NCBI RefSeq assembly: GCF_000737315.1
Contig: NZ_JMCB01000013.1
Location: 20,001 to 268,000 of the forward strand
Source of the DNA: Hyalangium minutum
GTDB taxonomy: Bacteria > Myxococcota > Myxococcia > Myxococcales > Myxococcaceae
Reading direction: 5' to 3'
Length of the DNA stretch: 248,000 bases
A program made the translations under genes and the position numbers. A model generated the notes under the pieces. That model was given only the letters and a program-made list of their open reading frames with translations. It had not been told where the DNA came from and made no database searches. Below are positions 154,033-163,858 of this stretch, piece by piece. Each line of letters opens with the position of its first letter. Position 1 is the first letter of the stretch.

Positions 154033-154773
154033 TTACTTCGCAGGAGCAAATTGGAAATCCGTCTCACTGGTCCAGTGGACGGTGCCGACGGGGGTCTTGT
154101 GCCACTGGCCTTGTGCATCCGGTGTCCATTTCAGCACCTCGGTGCTTCCGTGGCTGTACTCATAGAAGCCGTCGCACGAGAACGGTTCCGGTGGGTGAGC
154201 GTTCGAGATGAAGGCGACGATGCTGACAGGGACGACGCCTTGCTCCGTTTGAACAGAGCCGCCATGAATCCGGGCGATCTTCGCCACGGCAGCGATGTCT
154301 TCCTCCGAGATGTTGGTGGGCGTGGCGGGATGGTTGTGAAGGAAGTACAGGTATTGGAGGCTGCGAGGGGGATATCGCGGGTCCTCCACGAAGGCCGGGG
154401 CTCTGCAGCCCTTTTCGCCGTTGGCGCGAAGCGGCTCCGTGCTCTCCACGAGGTAGCTCAGCTCGTATTGGTGGGTTGGCGTGTAGTAGAGCCAGGCGCA
154501 GTACTCGTTTGATACGCGCCACCGCACAGGGAAACTCGTGTCATCCGAGCGCCCAGCCGTTGCGTTGCGCTGACCCAGGATGAGTGGGCAGGCCGCCAGC
154601 AGCGCATCCCAAGAGGTGGGGAACGGTCCCTGGCCTGGAAATGGGCCGGCTACGCTGGAAGGGATCTTCCCGGACTCAAAGCGCACAACGCCTGGAGGTG
154701 GCGGAGTGGGAACGCATCCCCAGGCCGCAAGAAGCCCCAGCAGGTAGGCCCAGAGTGGTCTCCCCACATGCAT
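154033..154773 (-). CDS. Lipoprotein with JAB/MPN-like motif
   Basis: Lipobox AWGC; EYC...HNHP....ISEED; RBS AGGAGAGG. Confidence 0.7.
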   Translation of the reverse strand: MHVGRPLWAYLLGLLAAWGCVPTPPPPGVVRFESGKIPSSVAGPFPGQGPFPTSWDALLAACPLILGQRNATAGRSDDTSFPVRWRVSNEYCAWLYYTPTHQYELSYLVESTEPLRANGEKGCRAPAFVEDPRYPPRSLQYLYFLHNHPATPTNISEEDIAAVAKIARIHGGSVQTEQGVVPVSIVAFISNAHPPEPFSCDGFYEYSHGSTEVLKWTPDAQGQWHKTPVGTVHWTSETDFQFAPAK

Positions 154774-154804
154774 GGTCCTCTCCTGCACTGATTGTAGGTG
154801 GACC

Positions 154805-155998
154805 TTACGCCGTCTCGGGGAGGCCCGCGGCGTTCAGCCGGGTGAAGACCTGCATCACGAGGTACAGCGCGAAGGCGGCGTCATCCACCCGCGCCGTGTC
154901 CACGTGGTTGGACAGCCCCTGCAGCCGCAGCAGGTCCGAGCCATCCACCCGCAGCAGGAAGCCCTGCTGTGCCAACGAGCCCTCTCCCGCCAACGCCAGG
155001 GCTCGCCGGACCGCGTCCACGCACGCTTTCACGCACTGGGCATACTGTCCGCTGGCGAATGCGGTCTCCGCCGCACGGGCGTGGTCGAACAGCTCTCCCG
155101 GCGCCAGCGCCGTCGCAGGCCCCATCGCCCGTTGGCCCGCCGTGCGAGGGACGGGCACCGCCGAGGAGTTCGGAGTCACCTCCATCCGAGCCGCAGGAGC
155201 CATGGCTGCCGCCACGATGGGCGCGGGCCCACCCGCCGAGGCCACCGCAGGCAGTGTCGTCGAGGAGGGCGGGTGCTGCCGGGGCGTCATCGCCGGAGGT
155301 TGCACTGCCTGCATCGTCTGGGACGGCCGCGTCGGCAGGTGCTGGCTCAGCTGCGCCTCCAGCCCTGCTCCCGGAGCCACAGGGCTCGGGGTCGGGCGGG
155401 GCGGGGGAACGATGCGCTTGGCCCGGAGATCCTTGATGACCAGCCGGGTGATGGCTTTGAGCGAGTCCAGCACCCCCTGGCCGCTCGTGGCCGAGGTCTC
155501 GAACTCAGGCGCGCCGCGCGCGTTCAGCGCCGCTCGCATCTGCTCCACGGGCATTGCCTTGTCGATGTCCCGCTTGTTCCACTGCATCACCAGCGGGAAC
155601 CGATCCAGCCGGATGCCCTGCTCGAGCAGGTTCTCCTCCAGGTTTTGCAGCGACTCGCGGTTGGAGTCCAACGCCTCCGGCTGCGAGTCCGCCACGAACA
155701 CCACCCCGTCCGCCCCCTGCAGCACCAGCTTGCGCGTGGCGTTGTAGAAGACCTGGCCCGGCACCGTGTACAGCGCCAGCCGCACGGAGCAGTCATTCAC
155801 CCGCTCCACCTTCACCGGCAGGAAGTCGAAGAAGAGGGTGCGGTCGCCCTCCGTGGCGATGGACATCATCTCGCCTCGGTGCGCCGGCCGGACCGTCTCG
155901 TAGATCTTCCGCAAGGTCGTCGTCTTGCCCGACAACCCCGGTCCGTAGAAAACGATCTTCGCGGCCACTTCGCGGGCCAACAGGTTCACGCTGCTCAC
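154805..155998 (-). CDS. MglA-like small GTPase with C-terminal extension
   Basis: GPGLSGKTT, TVPGQVFY, NKRD. Confidence 0.88.
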   Translation of the reverse strand: MSSVNLLAREVAAKIVFYGPGLSGKTTTLRKIYETVRPAHRGEMMSIATEGDRTLFFDFLPVKVERVNDCSVRLALYTVPGQVFYNATRKLVLQGADGVVFVADSQPEALDSNRESLQNLEENLLEQGIRLDRFPLVMQWNKRDIDKAMPVEQMRAALNARGAPEFETSATSGQGVLDSLKAITRLVIKDLRAKRIVPPPRPTPSPVAPGAGLEAQLSQHLPTRPSQTMQAVQPPAMTPRQHPPSSTTLPAVASAGGPAPIVAAAMAPAARMEVTPNSSAVPVPRTAGQRAMGPATALAPGELFDHARAAETAFASGQYAQCVKACVDAVRRALALAGEGSLAQQGFLLRVDGSDLLRLQGLSNHVDTARVDDAAFALYLVMQVFTRLNAAGLPETA

Positions 155999-157149
155999 GG
156001 TGTAAGCTTACCTAGAACGACTCTGCGTCTCGCGCCAGTCGCCGACGGTACATTCGCTGGGGTCCCCAGCAGGTGCTCGGCCGCCAGCAAGGCAAAGCAG
156101 GCGGCTTCCTTGGCTCCTTCGGGAAACCCCAGGGTGTCCAGCGGCTTCACCGGCACAGGCCCCAGCCGCGCCGTGAACCGCTCCATCAGCGCCGGATTTC
156201 GGCTTCCTCCTCCAGAGACGTACACCGCCTCCAAGGACTTGAAACGGGGGAGGACGTAGGCCTCGTAGGCCCGCGCCGTGGCCTCCACCGTGAAAGCCAG
156301 CGCCGTGGCCAGCAGATCCGCCGGACGATCCGGGGACTGCTCCCAGAGGAAGGACACCAGCGCCTCGCCAAACCCCTCGCGCCCCGCGCTCCGAGGCGGC
156401 GGCAGGGCGAAGAACGGGTGCGTCAGCAGGTCCGCCAGCAGCGCCGGGATGGGCTTGCCCTGCCGAGACAGCTGCCCGTCCAAGTCACACTGGAGCTTGC
156501 CCCCCGTCATCCGCCGCGCCAGCCCGTCCAGCACCATGTTGCCCGGGCCCGTGTCGAAGGCGAGCACGTCGTCCAGCCGCTCGCCCACCACGCTCACGTT
156601 GGCGATGCCACCAATGTTCTGGAACGCTCGCACCGCCCCCGGCTGCCGGAACACCGCCCAGTCGAAGTAGGGCACCAGCGGCGCCCCCTGGCCCCCTGCG
156701 GCCATGTCCCGTGTACGGAAGTCACTCACCACAGGGATGCCCAGGCGCTCGGCGATGACGGAGGCTTCGCCCAGCTGCAGGGTGGAGGGCGTGGTGGAGA
156801 GGCTCGTGGGCAGGTGCGCCATCGTCTGCCCGTGCGAGCCGATCACATCCACGTCCCCGTTGCGCAGGCCCGCGCGGGTGATGACGGCCTGGGCCGCCTC
156901 TGCGAAGCGCTCGCCCAGCTCGAAGTTGAGCTCACAGAGCGAGCGCGCATCCTGCGGCCCGAGCACGCGCTGGATGAACTCCGGCGGGAACGGGCGGGAG
157001 ACGTGCGTCAGCAGCTTCAGCGTCACGGAGGGGCCCGTGCCCTCGATCTTGCAGAGCACCGCCTCCACCGCGTCCACGCTCGTGCCAGAGATCAGCCCCA
157101 CACAGAGGCGAGGGCGGCTCGGGTCGGCGGGGGAGCGAGGGGGGCGCAT
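155995..157149 (-). CDS. anmK: Anhydro-N-acetylmuramic acid kinase
   Basis: SGTSVD, GSHGQT, GGQGAPLVP, NIGGIAN, DTGPGN. Confidence 0.95.
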   Translation of the reverse strand: MRPPRSPADPSRPRLCVGLISGTSVDAVEAVLCKIEGTGPSVTLKLLTHVSRPFPPEFIQRVLGPQDARSLCELNFELGERFAEAAQAVITRAGLRNGDVDVIGSHGQTMAHLPTSLSTTPSTLQLGEASVIAERLGIPVVSDFRTRDMAAGGQGAPLVPYFDWAVFRQPGAVRAFQNIGGIANVSVVGERLDDVLAFDTGPGNMVLDGLARRMTGGKLQCDLDGQLSRQGKPIPALLADLLTHPFFALPPPRSAGREGFGEALVSFLWEQSPDRPADLLATALAFTVEATARAYEAYVLPRFKSLEAVYVSGGGSRNPALMERFTARLGPVPVKPLDTLGFPEGAKEAACFALLAAEHLLGTPANVPSATGARRRVVLGKLTP

Positions 157150-157252
157150 GGTCCGATTGTAAGCCCCCGGGCTCACGCTGGCCCGGAAACAGTGGATGCG
157201 CGAAGGGAGGGGGGCTGAGTGCTCGCCAAAACGGACGGGGCGTGAGAGCAGG

Positions 157253-157909
157253 CTACCGGTTGCAGGCCTGATCCATGCCGCCCTCGCAGGCCTTCTGGAA
157301 CAGCTCGACGGCGCGCTTCGGATCCGCCGTCACGCCACGGCCTTTCTCGTAGAAGAGGCCGAGGTTGAAGCAGGCACCGGCCTCACCTGTCGCGCAGGAT
157401 TGCTCGAAGATCTTGGCGGCGCGGCTGTCGTCCTGCGTCACACCCCGGCCCTGGGCATACAAGGCGCCGAGGTTGGTGCAGCCCCGGCTCGCACCCAAAG
157501 TGCAGGCCTTGTCGAAGAGCAGGGCGGCGTGGCCGTCGTCGCGCGTCACGCCGCTGCCCTGCACATAGAGGATGCCCAGGTTGGTGCAGCCGCGGGCGTC
157601 ATCGCCATCGCAGGCCTTCTCGAAGAGCGGGGCGGCGCGGCTGTCATCCTTCTCCACGCCCACGCCCTCCCAGTAGCTGACGCCCAGTTGGTAGCAGCCC
157701 TCCTTGTCGCCGGCCGCGCAGGCCTTCTCGCGATCAACAAAGGTCGGCTGGGCGGGCGTGACGGCGGTGGCGTCGTGCACTGCGGAGGGAGCGGCGGCGG
157801 CGGGCTTGCTCGTGGCGCAGCCTCCAAGTCCCACTGCGAGCGCGCAGATTCCGAGCATGAGGGCTGAAGCGTAGGGCGACGGTGACATGACTGCCTCCTG
157901 GGGGCTCAC
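157253..157909 (-). CDS. Sel1-repeat lipoprotein
   Basis: Repeated C..LG..Y..G.GV..D. Confidence 0.9.
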   Translation of the reverse strand: MSPQEAVMSPSPYASALMLGICALAVGLGGCATSKPAAAAPSAVHDATAVTPAQPTFVDREKACAAGDKEGCYQLGVSYWEGVGVEKDDSRAAPLFEKACDGDDARGCTNLGILYVQGSGVTRDDGHAALLFDKACTLGASRGCTNLGALYAQGRGVTQDDSRAAKIFEQSCATGEAGACFNLGLFYEKGRGVTADPKRAVELFQKACEGGMDQACNR

Positions 157910-158832
157910 GGCGTGCGTCGGGGTTTGGACTTCTGCTGCTCGAGGGTTCGCAGGGAGTCGCGCTGGAGCCGTGCTTGCGCCTCTTCCCGGCCCAACCCGG
158001 TGAAGTGCATCGCGAGCGCCGTCTTCACAGAGCCGCCCGCGGTGCTCAGCAGCCGTCGCGCCCGTGCGAGGGGCAGCTCCGTCAGCTCCGCCACCATGCG
158101 CACGGCACGCGCTTGGAGCTTCGCGTTGGCCGGGCGCACGTCCACCATCCGCCCGCGGTACACCTTGCCCAGCGAGACGAAGGCCGCCGTGGTGAGCGCA
158201 TTGAGGATCAACTTGGTGGCGGTGCCCGCCTTGAGCCGCGTGGAGCCCGCCACCAGCTCCGGGCCCGTCACCGCCAGGATCAGGATGTCTACCTGGAGCC
158301 GAGGCCCAGGAGGGTTACAGCACACGAGCACCGTCCGCGCTCCCCGTCGCCGCGCCTCGGCCAGCGCCCCGAGCACATAGGGCGTGGATGCACTGGCGGA
158401 GATGCCGCACACCACGTCCTTGGGGCCCGCGCGGAACCGGCGCACGGACTGAGCGCCTGCGGCCGGATCATCCTCGGCGCCTTCCACGGCGCGAGTCAGC
158501 GCCCGGTGGCCTCCGGCGATAACGGCCTGGACCTGGGAGGGAGGAGAACCAAACGTCGGCGGGCACTCACTGGCGTCGAGCACGCCGAGTCGCCCGCTGG
158601 TGCCAGCGCCCACGTAGAGCAGCCGGCCCCCGGCCCGCAACGCATCCGCTACGGCCCGCGCTGCTTCCGCTACGGACGGGAGCGCGCTGCGGACCGCTCG
158701 GACGGCAGCCAGGTCTTCCTGATGCATCCGGCGGACGAGGGCCTCGACAGAGAGGAGGTCCAGCTCGTCCGCGCGGGGATGAAGCCGCTCAGTGGGCGGG
158801 AGCGCGAGCGGAGTCGAACGCGGCCTTCCCAC
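157906..158832 (-). CDS. murQ: N-acetylmuramic acid 6-phosphate etherase
   Basis: GAGTSGRLG, ECPPTF, GSTRLKAGTA. Confidence 0.95.
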   Translation of the reverse strand: MGRPRSTPLALPPTERLHPRADELDLLSVEALVRRMHQEDLAAVRAVRSALPSVAEAARAVADALRAGGRLLYVGAGTSGRLGVLDASECPPTFGSPPSQVQAVIAGGHRALTRAVEGAEDDPAAGAQSVRRFRAGPKDVVCGISASASTPYVLGALAEARRRGARTVLVCCNPPGPRLQVDILILAVTGPELVAGSTRLKAGTATKLILNALTTAAFVSLGKVYRGRMVDVRPANAKLQARAVRMVAELTELPLARARRLLSTAGGSVKTALAMHFTGLGREEAQARLQRDSLRTLEQQKSKPRRTP

Positions 158833-158849
158833 CCTCGAGCGCTCGGCGA

Positions 158850-159041
158850 TCAGGCGGCCTTGGTGATCTTGCCCGCCTTGATGCAGCGGGTGCAGGCCAG
158901 GACGCGCTCGGTACGGCCCTCAACGCTGGCCCGGATCTTCTGGAGGTTCGGCAGCGTCCGCTTCTTGGTCTTGTTGTTCGCGTGGGAGACGTTGTTGCCC
159001 ACGAGCGGCCGCTTCCCACAGATGTCACACTTCCACGCCAT
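158850..159041 (-). CDS. rpmB: 50S ribosomal protein L28
   Basis: [10 protein letters not shown]...[17 protein letters not shown]. Confidence 0.97.
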   Translation of the reverse strand: MAWKCDICGKRPLVGNNVSHANNKTKKRTLPNLQKIRASVEGRTERVLACTRCIKAGKITKAA

Positions 159042-159142
159042 GACAGCCAACTCCTTGAAAACAGGGGCTTTACAGGCTCTGCCCCGAAAAGAGCGGCGGA
159101 ACCTACCAGAAATCCCCTGAAAATCCAGCCGATCCGTTGGGC

Positions 159143-160654
159143 CTACCCCGCCGTGGGGGTCTTCTTCTTGAGCATTTCCTGCACGAGCCGCGCGGCGCGC
159201 ATCCCCGCGAGGAACTCGCCCTCCAGGCCCAGGCCAGGGAGCACCTCGCGGCCGGCGAGGAGGATGTTCTTCGCCGGCGTGCGCTGCTTCAAACCCGTGA
159301 CGCCCAGGAAGGCTTCCGCCTCGAAGGTGTAGAGGGGGTGGGGCATGAGCCTGCTGCCTCGCACGCCGCCAGCGTCCAAGTACGGCGCCGAGCGCAGCAC
159401 CCGGTGGGGCAGGGTGAAGGGCATCAGCGTCTCCAGCTCCTTGTCGATGCGCTGCGCAAGGACTTGCATGTGCTCTTCGCCCAGATCCCTCACGGAGGCG
159501 GGCACGAACGCGGCGGCGCAGACCACGCGGAGGGACTCGTCCTCCTGGCCCGACGGGGTGCGCGCCGGGTGGACCTGGATCAGCAGCGGCCGGAGCTCCA
159601 CGTCCTCGCTCTCCACGAGGAGCAGCTCGCCCATGCCTCGGGGCAGGGCGTTCGCGGGGACCACCCAGTTCACCGCGAAGAGCAGGGAGCGGTTGGTGGA
159701 GGCATCCAGGTGCTCGAGCAGGCTGCGGTGCCGCTTGCGGTCGGTGATGAGCCGCCGCAGCGCGCTCGAGTCCATGGCCGACACCAGGCACGAGGCCCGG
159801 TAGACGACGTCCGAGCGCACCAACTTCACGCCGGAGAAGCGCGCCCCATCGAAGGTGATCTCCTCGACGACGTAGCTGTCCGAGTTCTCGCGGGTGAGCA
159901 CGTCGCCGCCCAGCTCGGAGAGCCGCTTGACGATCATCTCGCGCAGGCCCTCGTTTCCGCCGGGGAAGCGCTGGGGAGACTGGAGCGCCTGGGACAAGGG
160001 GCGGGTGAGCGACAGGGGCGAGGAGGCCTCGTCCAGGTGGATCAGGAAGGGCAGCAGGCCCCGCAGCAGGGCGCCGGGCGGGGTGTTGTTGGACAGGCGC
160101 GGGTGTTTCTCCAGGCCCTCGTGCTGGCCGATCTTCTTTTTCAGGCCCCACGCCTCGAAGAAGCCATCCGGGGGCAGGTTGGGCTGCTCCTTGAGGAAGG
160201 CGTTGCTCTCTTCGTGCTGGGAGGCGGTGGTGGTGAGGGCAGCGAAGAGGCCCTCGGCCGCGTCACCGAACTCGCGGACCAGCTCGGCGCGACGGCGCGC
160301 AGGATCGGGCTGCAGATCCACCCGGTGGCGGGGCAGGACGAGCTGCAGCTCGGGCTGGTGCGGGCGCAGGGAGCGCTGGACGGTGGTGGTGAGGCCCAGC
160401 TCAGTGAAGGCCTCCTCCACGAGGGGCATCGCCTTGAGCGGGGGCGTGATGGAGGGTCCGTAGGGGAGCACATAGCCGCCGTGCTCGTAGCCAGTGCCGG
160501 TGCCGTCATGGTCGATGAGCAGCACACGGTGCTTGCGCTTGGCCAGGAGCGCGGCCGTGAGGGCTCCGCCCAGTTGGCTGCCCACGACGATGGCGTCGTA
160601 GACGTGCCGGGAGGGACCCGAGGGAACCTGGAGTCTGGCGGGCTGGGTGGCCAT
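159143..160654 (-). CDS. FAD-dependent oxidoreductase (phytoene desaturase-like)
   Basis: N-terminal dinucleotide-binding fold. Confidence 0.7.
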   Translation of the reverse strand: MATQPARLQVPSGPSRHVYDAIVVGSQLGGALTAALLAKRKHRVLLIDHDGTGTGYEHGGYVLPYGPSITPPLKAMPLVEEAFTELGLTTTVQRSLRPHQPELQLVLPRHRVDLQPDPARRRAELVREFGDAAEGLFAALTTTASQHEESNAFLKEQPNLPPDGFFEAWGLKKKIGQHEGLEKHPRLSNNTPPGALLRGLLPFLIHLDEASSPLSLTRPLSQALQSPQRFPGGNEGLREMIVKRLSELGGDVLTRENSDSYVVEEITFDGARFSGVKLVRSDVVYRASCLVSAMDSSALRRLITDRKRHRSLLEHLDASTNRSLLFAVNWVVPANALPRGMGELLLVESEDVELRPLLIQVHPARTPSGQEDESLRVVCAAAFVPASVRDLGEEHMQVLAQRIDKELETLMPFTLPHRVLRSAPYLDAGGVRGSRLMPHPLYTFEAEAFLGVTGLKQRTPAKNILLAGREVLPGLGLEGEFLAGMRAARLVQEMLKKKTPTAG

Positions 160655-160818
160655 TCGGGGGGCACACTACACAACGTCCCGGCTCCTGGCGCCTTTCTGA
160701 TGCGCGGACCTGTCGGGTGCCCTGCGAGTCCGGGTGGGGCCTCAGGGCCTTGGACTGGGGGCGGAGTCCCGCCGGTTGTGCGCTCAGTAGGGGCAAGGGT
160801 GGGAGCGCGCGGGCGGGG

Positions 160819-161511
160819 TCAGACGGCGCGCGCCGCCGCGATCAGGAGCCGGGCCTCCAGATCGGGCGGGAGGGTGGCGAAGTCTGGAGCCACCCACTGG
160901 GCGCCTGCCTCGCGGAGCACCTCGGGGGGCGTGGTGCTGGTGATGCCCACCGCGGCCATGCCCGCCGCGCGTGCCGCGATGATGCCGTTCACCGCATCCT
161001 CGAAGACGACGCACGAGGCGGGATCGACATCGAGCGCCTTGGCTGCGGCCAGGAAGATGTCCGGCGCGGGCTTGCCCCGGACCACCTCTTCGGCGCCGAC
161101 GACGCGCGCGAACAGCGAGCGGATGCCGAGCCCATCAAGCACCAGTGCACGGTTTCCCGTGGGGGCAGCGGTGGCGACGGCCAGCCGGGCCCCCGCGCTT
161201 CGCAGGCGGGCGATGAAGGCCTCGGCGCCTCTCATGAGCGATAGGTGGGGCTTATAGAGCTGGCGGTAGTGGGTCTCCTTCTCCTCGGCCAGCTGGTTCA
161301 GTTCTTCGGCAGAGAGGGGACGGCCCAGCAGGATGGGGAGGATCTCCTCGTTCTTCTTGCCCGCGAACTCGCGCTCGAACCGCTCGGCGGTGGCGTCGAT
161401 GCCGAGGCGCTGCGAGAGGGACACCCAGGCCTCGGAGTGGAAGCGCATGTTGTCGACGAGGGTGCCATCCATGTCGAAGATGGCGGCGTGCAGAAGTGTA
161501 GGCGCGATCAT
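160819..161511 (-). CDS. HAD phosphatase (beta-PGM-like)
   Basis: FDMDGTL, GKPAPD, FEDA. Confidence 0.9.
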   Translation of the reverse strand: MIAPTLLHAAIFDMDGTLVDNMRFHSEAWVSLSQRLGIDATAERFEREFAGKKNEEILPILLGRPLSAEELNQLAEEKETHYRQLYKPHLSLMRGAEAFIARLRSAGARLAVATAAPTGNRALVLDGLGIRSLFARVVGAEEVVRGKPAPDIFLAAAKALDVDPASCVVFEDAVNGIIAARAAGMAAVGITSTTPPEVLREAGAQWVAPDFATLPPDLEARLLIAAARAV

Positions 161512-161604
161512 GTCTCCTGAATTATCGCGTCCCGCGCCAGGATGGGATCGGGAAGCGCACGGAGGTGTCTGTCTGCTTGAGTGGGAGGAGGCCAGACCCG
161601 TGCC

Positions 161605-162096
161605 TCACAGCTCCTCGTCACTGAGGATGATGACCCCAGCGGAGTGGAGCAGGGCGGCTGTGACGCCTCGGCCCCGGACCACCTGGCCGTTCACGTGCGT
161701 GCCTTGGCTGCCGCATGAAGGGCTGCGCTCCTTGAGCACGGCCACCTTCACTCCGAAGCGCTTTACCGCCTCCAGGGCCAGCTCCGCGCCGTAGCGGAAC
161801 GCGGCTGTCCGGTCATCGCCCGTCGCGGCCACCACCGCCTGGGCCTGGCCCGCCAGCACCGCCTCTCCCGTGCCTCCGCGCAGCTCCACCGCGGGCCTCG
161901 GAATGCCCAGGCCCGCGCCCGTCTCCGGGCACACGGGCACGAGCTCCTTGCCCTCCAGTGCCCGCATCACCGGGTTCGAGCCTTTCGACTTCCCGTCGTA
162001 CCGGCAGGCTTCACCGAATAGGCACGCACTCACCAGCACCACCGAAGCCTCGCGCAGCGCCGCTAGCCGCTCCTCTTGCGTCAGCTCCACAGTCAT
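161605..162096 (-). CDS. DUF523 / 2-thiouracil desulfurase family
   Basis: SACL.G..CRYDG, VCPE, KERSPSCG. Confidence 0.88.
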   Translation of the reverse strand: MTVELTQEERLAALREASVVLVSACLFGEACRYDGKSKGSNPVMRALEGKELVPVCPETGAGLGIPRPAVELRGGTGEAVLAGQAQAVVAATGDDRTAAFRYGAELALEAVKRFGVKVAVLKERSPSCGSQGTHVNGQVVRGRGVTAALLHSAGVIILSDEEL

Positions 162097-162755
162097 GGCG
162101 CCCCAGGGCTCCGCAGGCTCTGCTCGCTTCCCGTGACTTGCGCGGCCACCCGCGTTCCAGTCCCTTCCAGCGTCACCTTCCCCGTCACCACCAGACGCAC
162201 CGCCAGCGGGTAGAGCTTATGCTCCTCCGCGAGGATGCGCGCGCTCAGGCTTGCTTCGTCATCCCCTGGCAGCACCGGCACCGCCGCCTGCGCGATGATC
162301 GGCCCCGTGTCCGTGCCCGCGTCCACGAAGTGCACCGTGCATCCGGCGATCTTCACCCCGCGTTCCAGCGCCTGCCTTTGGGCATGCAGCCCCGTGAACG
162401 CTGGTAGCAGGGAAGGGTGGATGTTCAACACTCGCCCCGGAAATCTCGCCAGGAAGTCCGCGCTCACCAGCCGCATGAAGCCCGCCAGACACACCCACTC
162501 CACGCCCGCCTTCTCCAGCTCATCCCCGAGCGCCCGCTCGAAGTCCGCCCGCGAGCCGAACGCATTGTGATCCAGCGCCACCGCGGGCACTCCCGCCTTG
162601 CGCGCCCGCTCCAGCCCGAACGCGGTGGGCACGTTGGACACCACGCACACCACCTGCGCCGGGAAGTCCGCCTGCGCGCACGCGTCCAGCAGCGCCTGCA
162701 GGTTGCTCCCGCTGCCGGAGATCAGCACCGCCAGCCGGGCTCGCCCGCCGCTCAT
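162093..162755 (-). CDS. purN: Phosphoribosylglycinamide formyltransferase
   Basis: [23 protein letters not shown]. Confidence 0.96.
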   Translation of the reverse strand: MSGGRARLAVLISGSGSNLQALLDACAQADFPAQVVCVVSNVPTAFGLERARKAGVPAVALDHNAFGSRADFERALGDELEKAGVEWVCLAGFMRLVSADFLARFPGRVLNIHPSLLPAFTGLHAQRQALERGVKIAGCTVHFVDAGTDTGPIIAQAAVPVLPGDDEASLSARILAEEHKLYPLAVRLVVTGKVTLEGTGTRVAAQVTGSEQSLRSPGAP

Positions 162756-163786
162756 GGCTCGATGACCGCCGTGGCCTCGCCCTGGCCCTGTTCCACGCGC
162801 CCCACCTCCGATGCCTTCACGCCTCGCGCGCTCAGCACACTCAGCGCCTGCGCCACGTCCTCCTTCGCCACCACCACGATCAGCCCCAGCCCCATGTTGA
162901 ACGTGGAGAACATCTCGTCACGCGCCACCCCGCCCACTTTCGCGATCAGATCGAAGATAGGAGGTCGGCTCCACGCCTTCTCGCTCAGCACCGCCCGCGT
163001 TCCGTCCGGCAGGCAGCGGGGCAGGTTGCCCGGAATGCCGCTCCCGGTGATGTGCGCCATGCCCTTCACCTTCACCGCCTTCGCCAGTGCCAGCGCGTCC
163101 TTCACGTAGATCTTCGTGGGCTCCAGCAGCGCATCCGCCAGCGGCCGGCCCAGGCCCGCGGGCGTCTCCTTCAGCGGCAGCTTCCCGTCGTCCAGCAGCA
163201 CCTTGCGCGCCAGCGAGTACCCGTTCGAGTGCAGCCCCGACGACGGCAGGCCGATCAGCGCATCGCCCGGCATCACCGTCCGCCCATCGATGATCTCCGA
163301 GCGCTCCACCACCCCCACGCAGAACCCCGCCACGTCGTACTCGCCCCGTGAGTAGAACCCCGGCATCTCCGCCGTCTCGCCGCCCAGCAGTGTGCATCCG
163401 GCCTGCTCGCAGCCCAACGCGATGCCCTTCACCACCGCGGCTGCCGCGTCCACCTCCAGCCTCGATGTGGCGAAGTAGTCCAGGAAGAACAGCGGCTCCG
163501 CGCCACAGGTGAGGATGTCGTTCACCGACATGGCCACCAGGTCGATGCCCACCGTGTCGTGCCGCCCTGCCAGGAATGCCACCTTCAGCTTCGTGCCCAC
163601 CCCGTCCGTGCCCGCCACCAGCACCGGCTCCCGGTACTTGCCCGGGGGCAGGGCGAACAGTCCTCCGAAGCCGCCCACTCCAGCCACCACCTCGGGCCGC
163701 ATCGTGCGCGCAGCGTACGGCTTGATCCGCTCGACGAAGGCGTCTCCCGCCTCGATGTCCACTCCGGCCTGCTTGTAGGTCGTCAC
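162752..163786 (-). CDS. purM: AIR synthase
   Basis: [27 protein letters not shown]. Confidence 0.96.
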   Translation of the reverse strand: MTTYKQAGVDIEAGDAFVERIKPYAARTMRPEVVAGVGGFGGLFALPPGKYREPVLVAGTDGVGTKLKVAFLAGRHDTVGIDLVAMSVNDILTCGAEPLFFLDYFATSRLEVDAAAAVVKGIALGCEQAGCTLLGGETAEMPGFYSRGEYDVAGFCVGVVERSEIIDGRTVMPGDALIGLPSSGLHSNGYSLARKVLLDDGKLPLKETPAGLGRPLADALLEPTKIYVKDALALAKAVKVKGMAHITGSGIPGNLPRCLPDGTRAVLSEKAWSRPPIFDLIAKVGGVARDEMFSTFNMGLGLIVVVAKEDVAQALSVLSARGVKASEVGRVEQGQGEATAVIEP

Positions 163787-163858
163787 GGGCGGCCTTCTAC
163801 CGGCAAGCCCCCGCCCTTGTCTCGGCCCAGAAGCGCAGGTGTCGTGTTTGCGGCTACC

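Noticed and set aside
158850-160151. 433-aa ORF ending in L28
   Set aside because: It is an open-frame artefact; rpmB starts at 159041.
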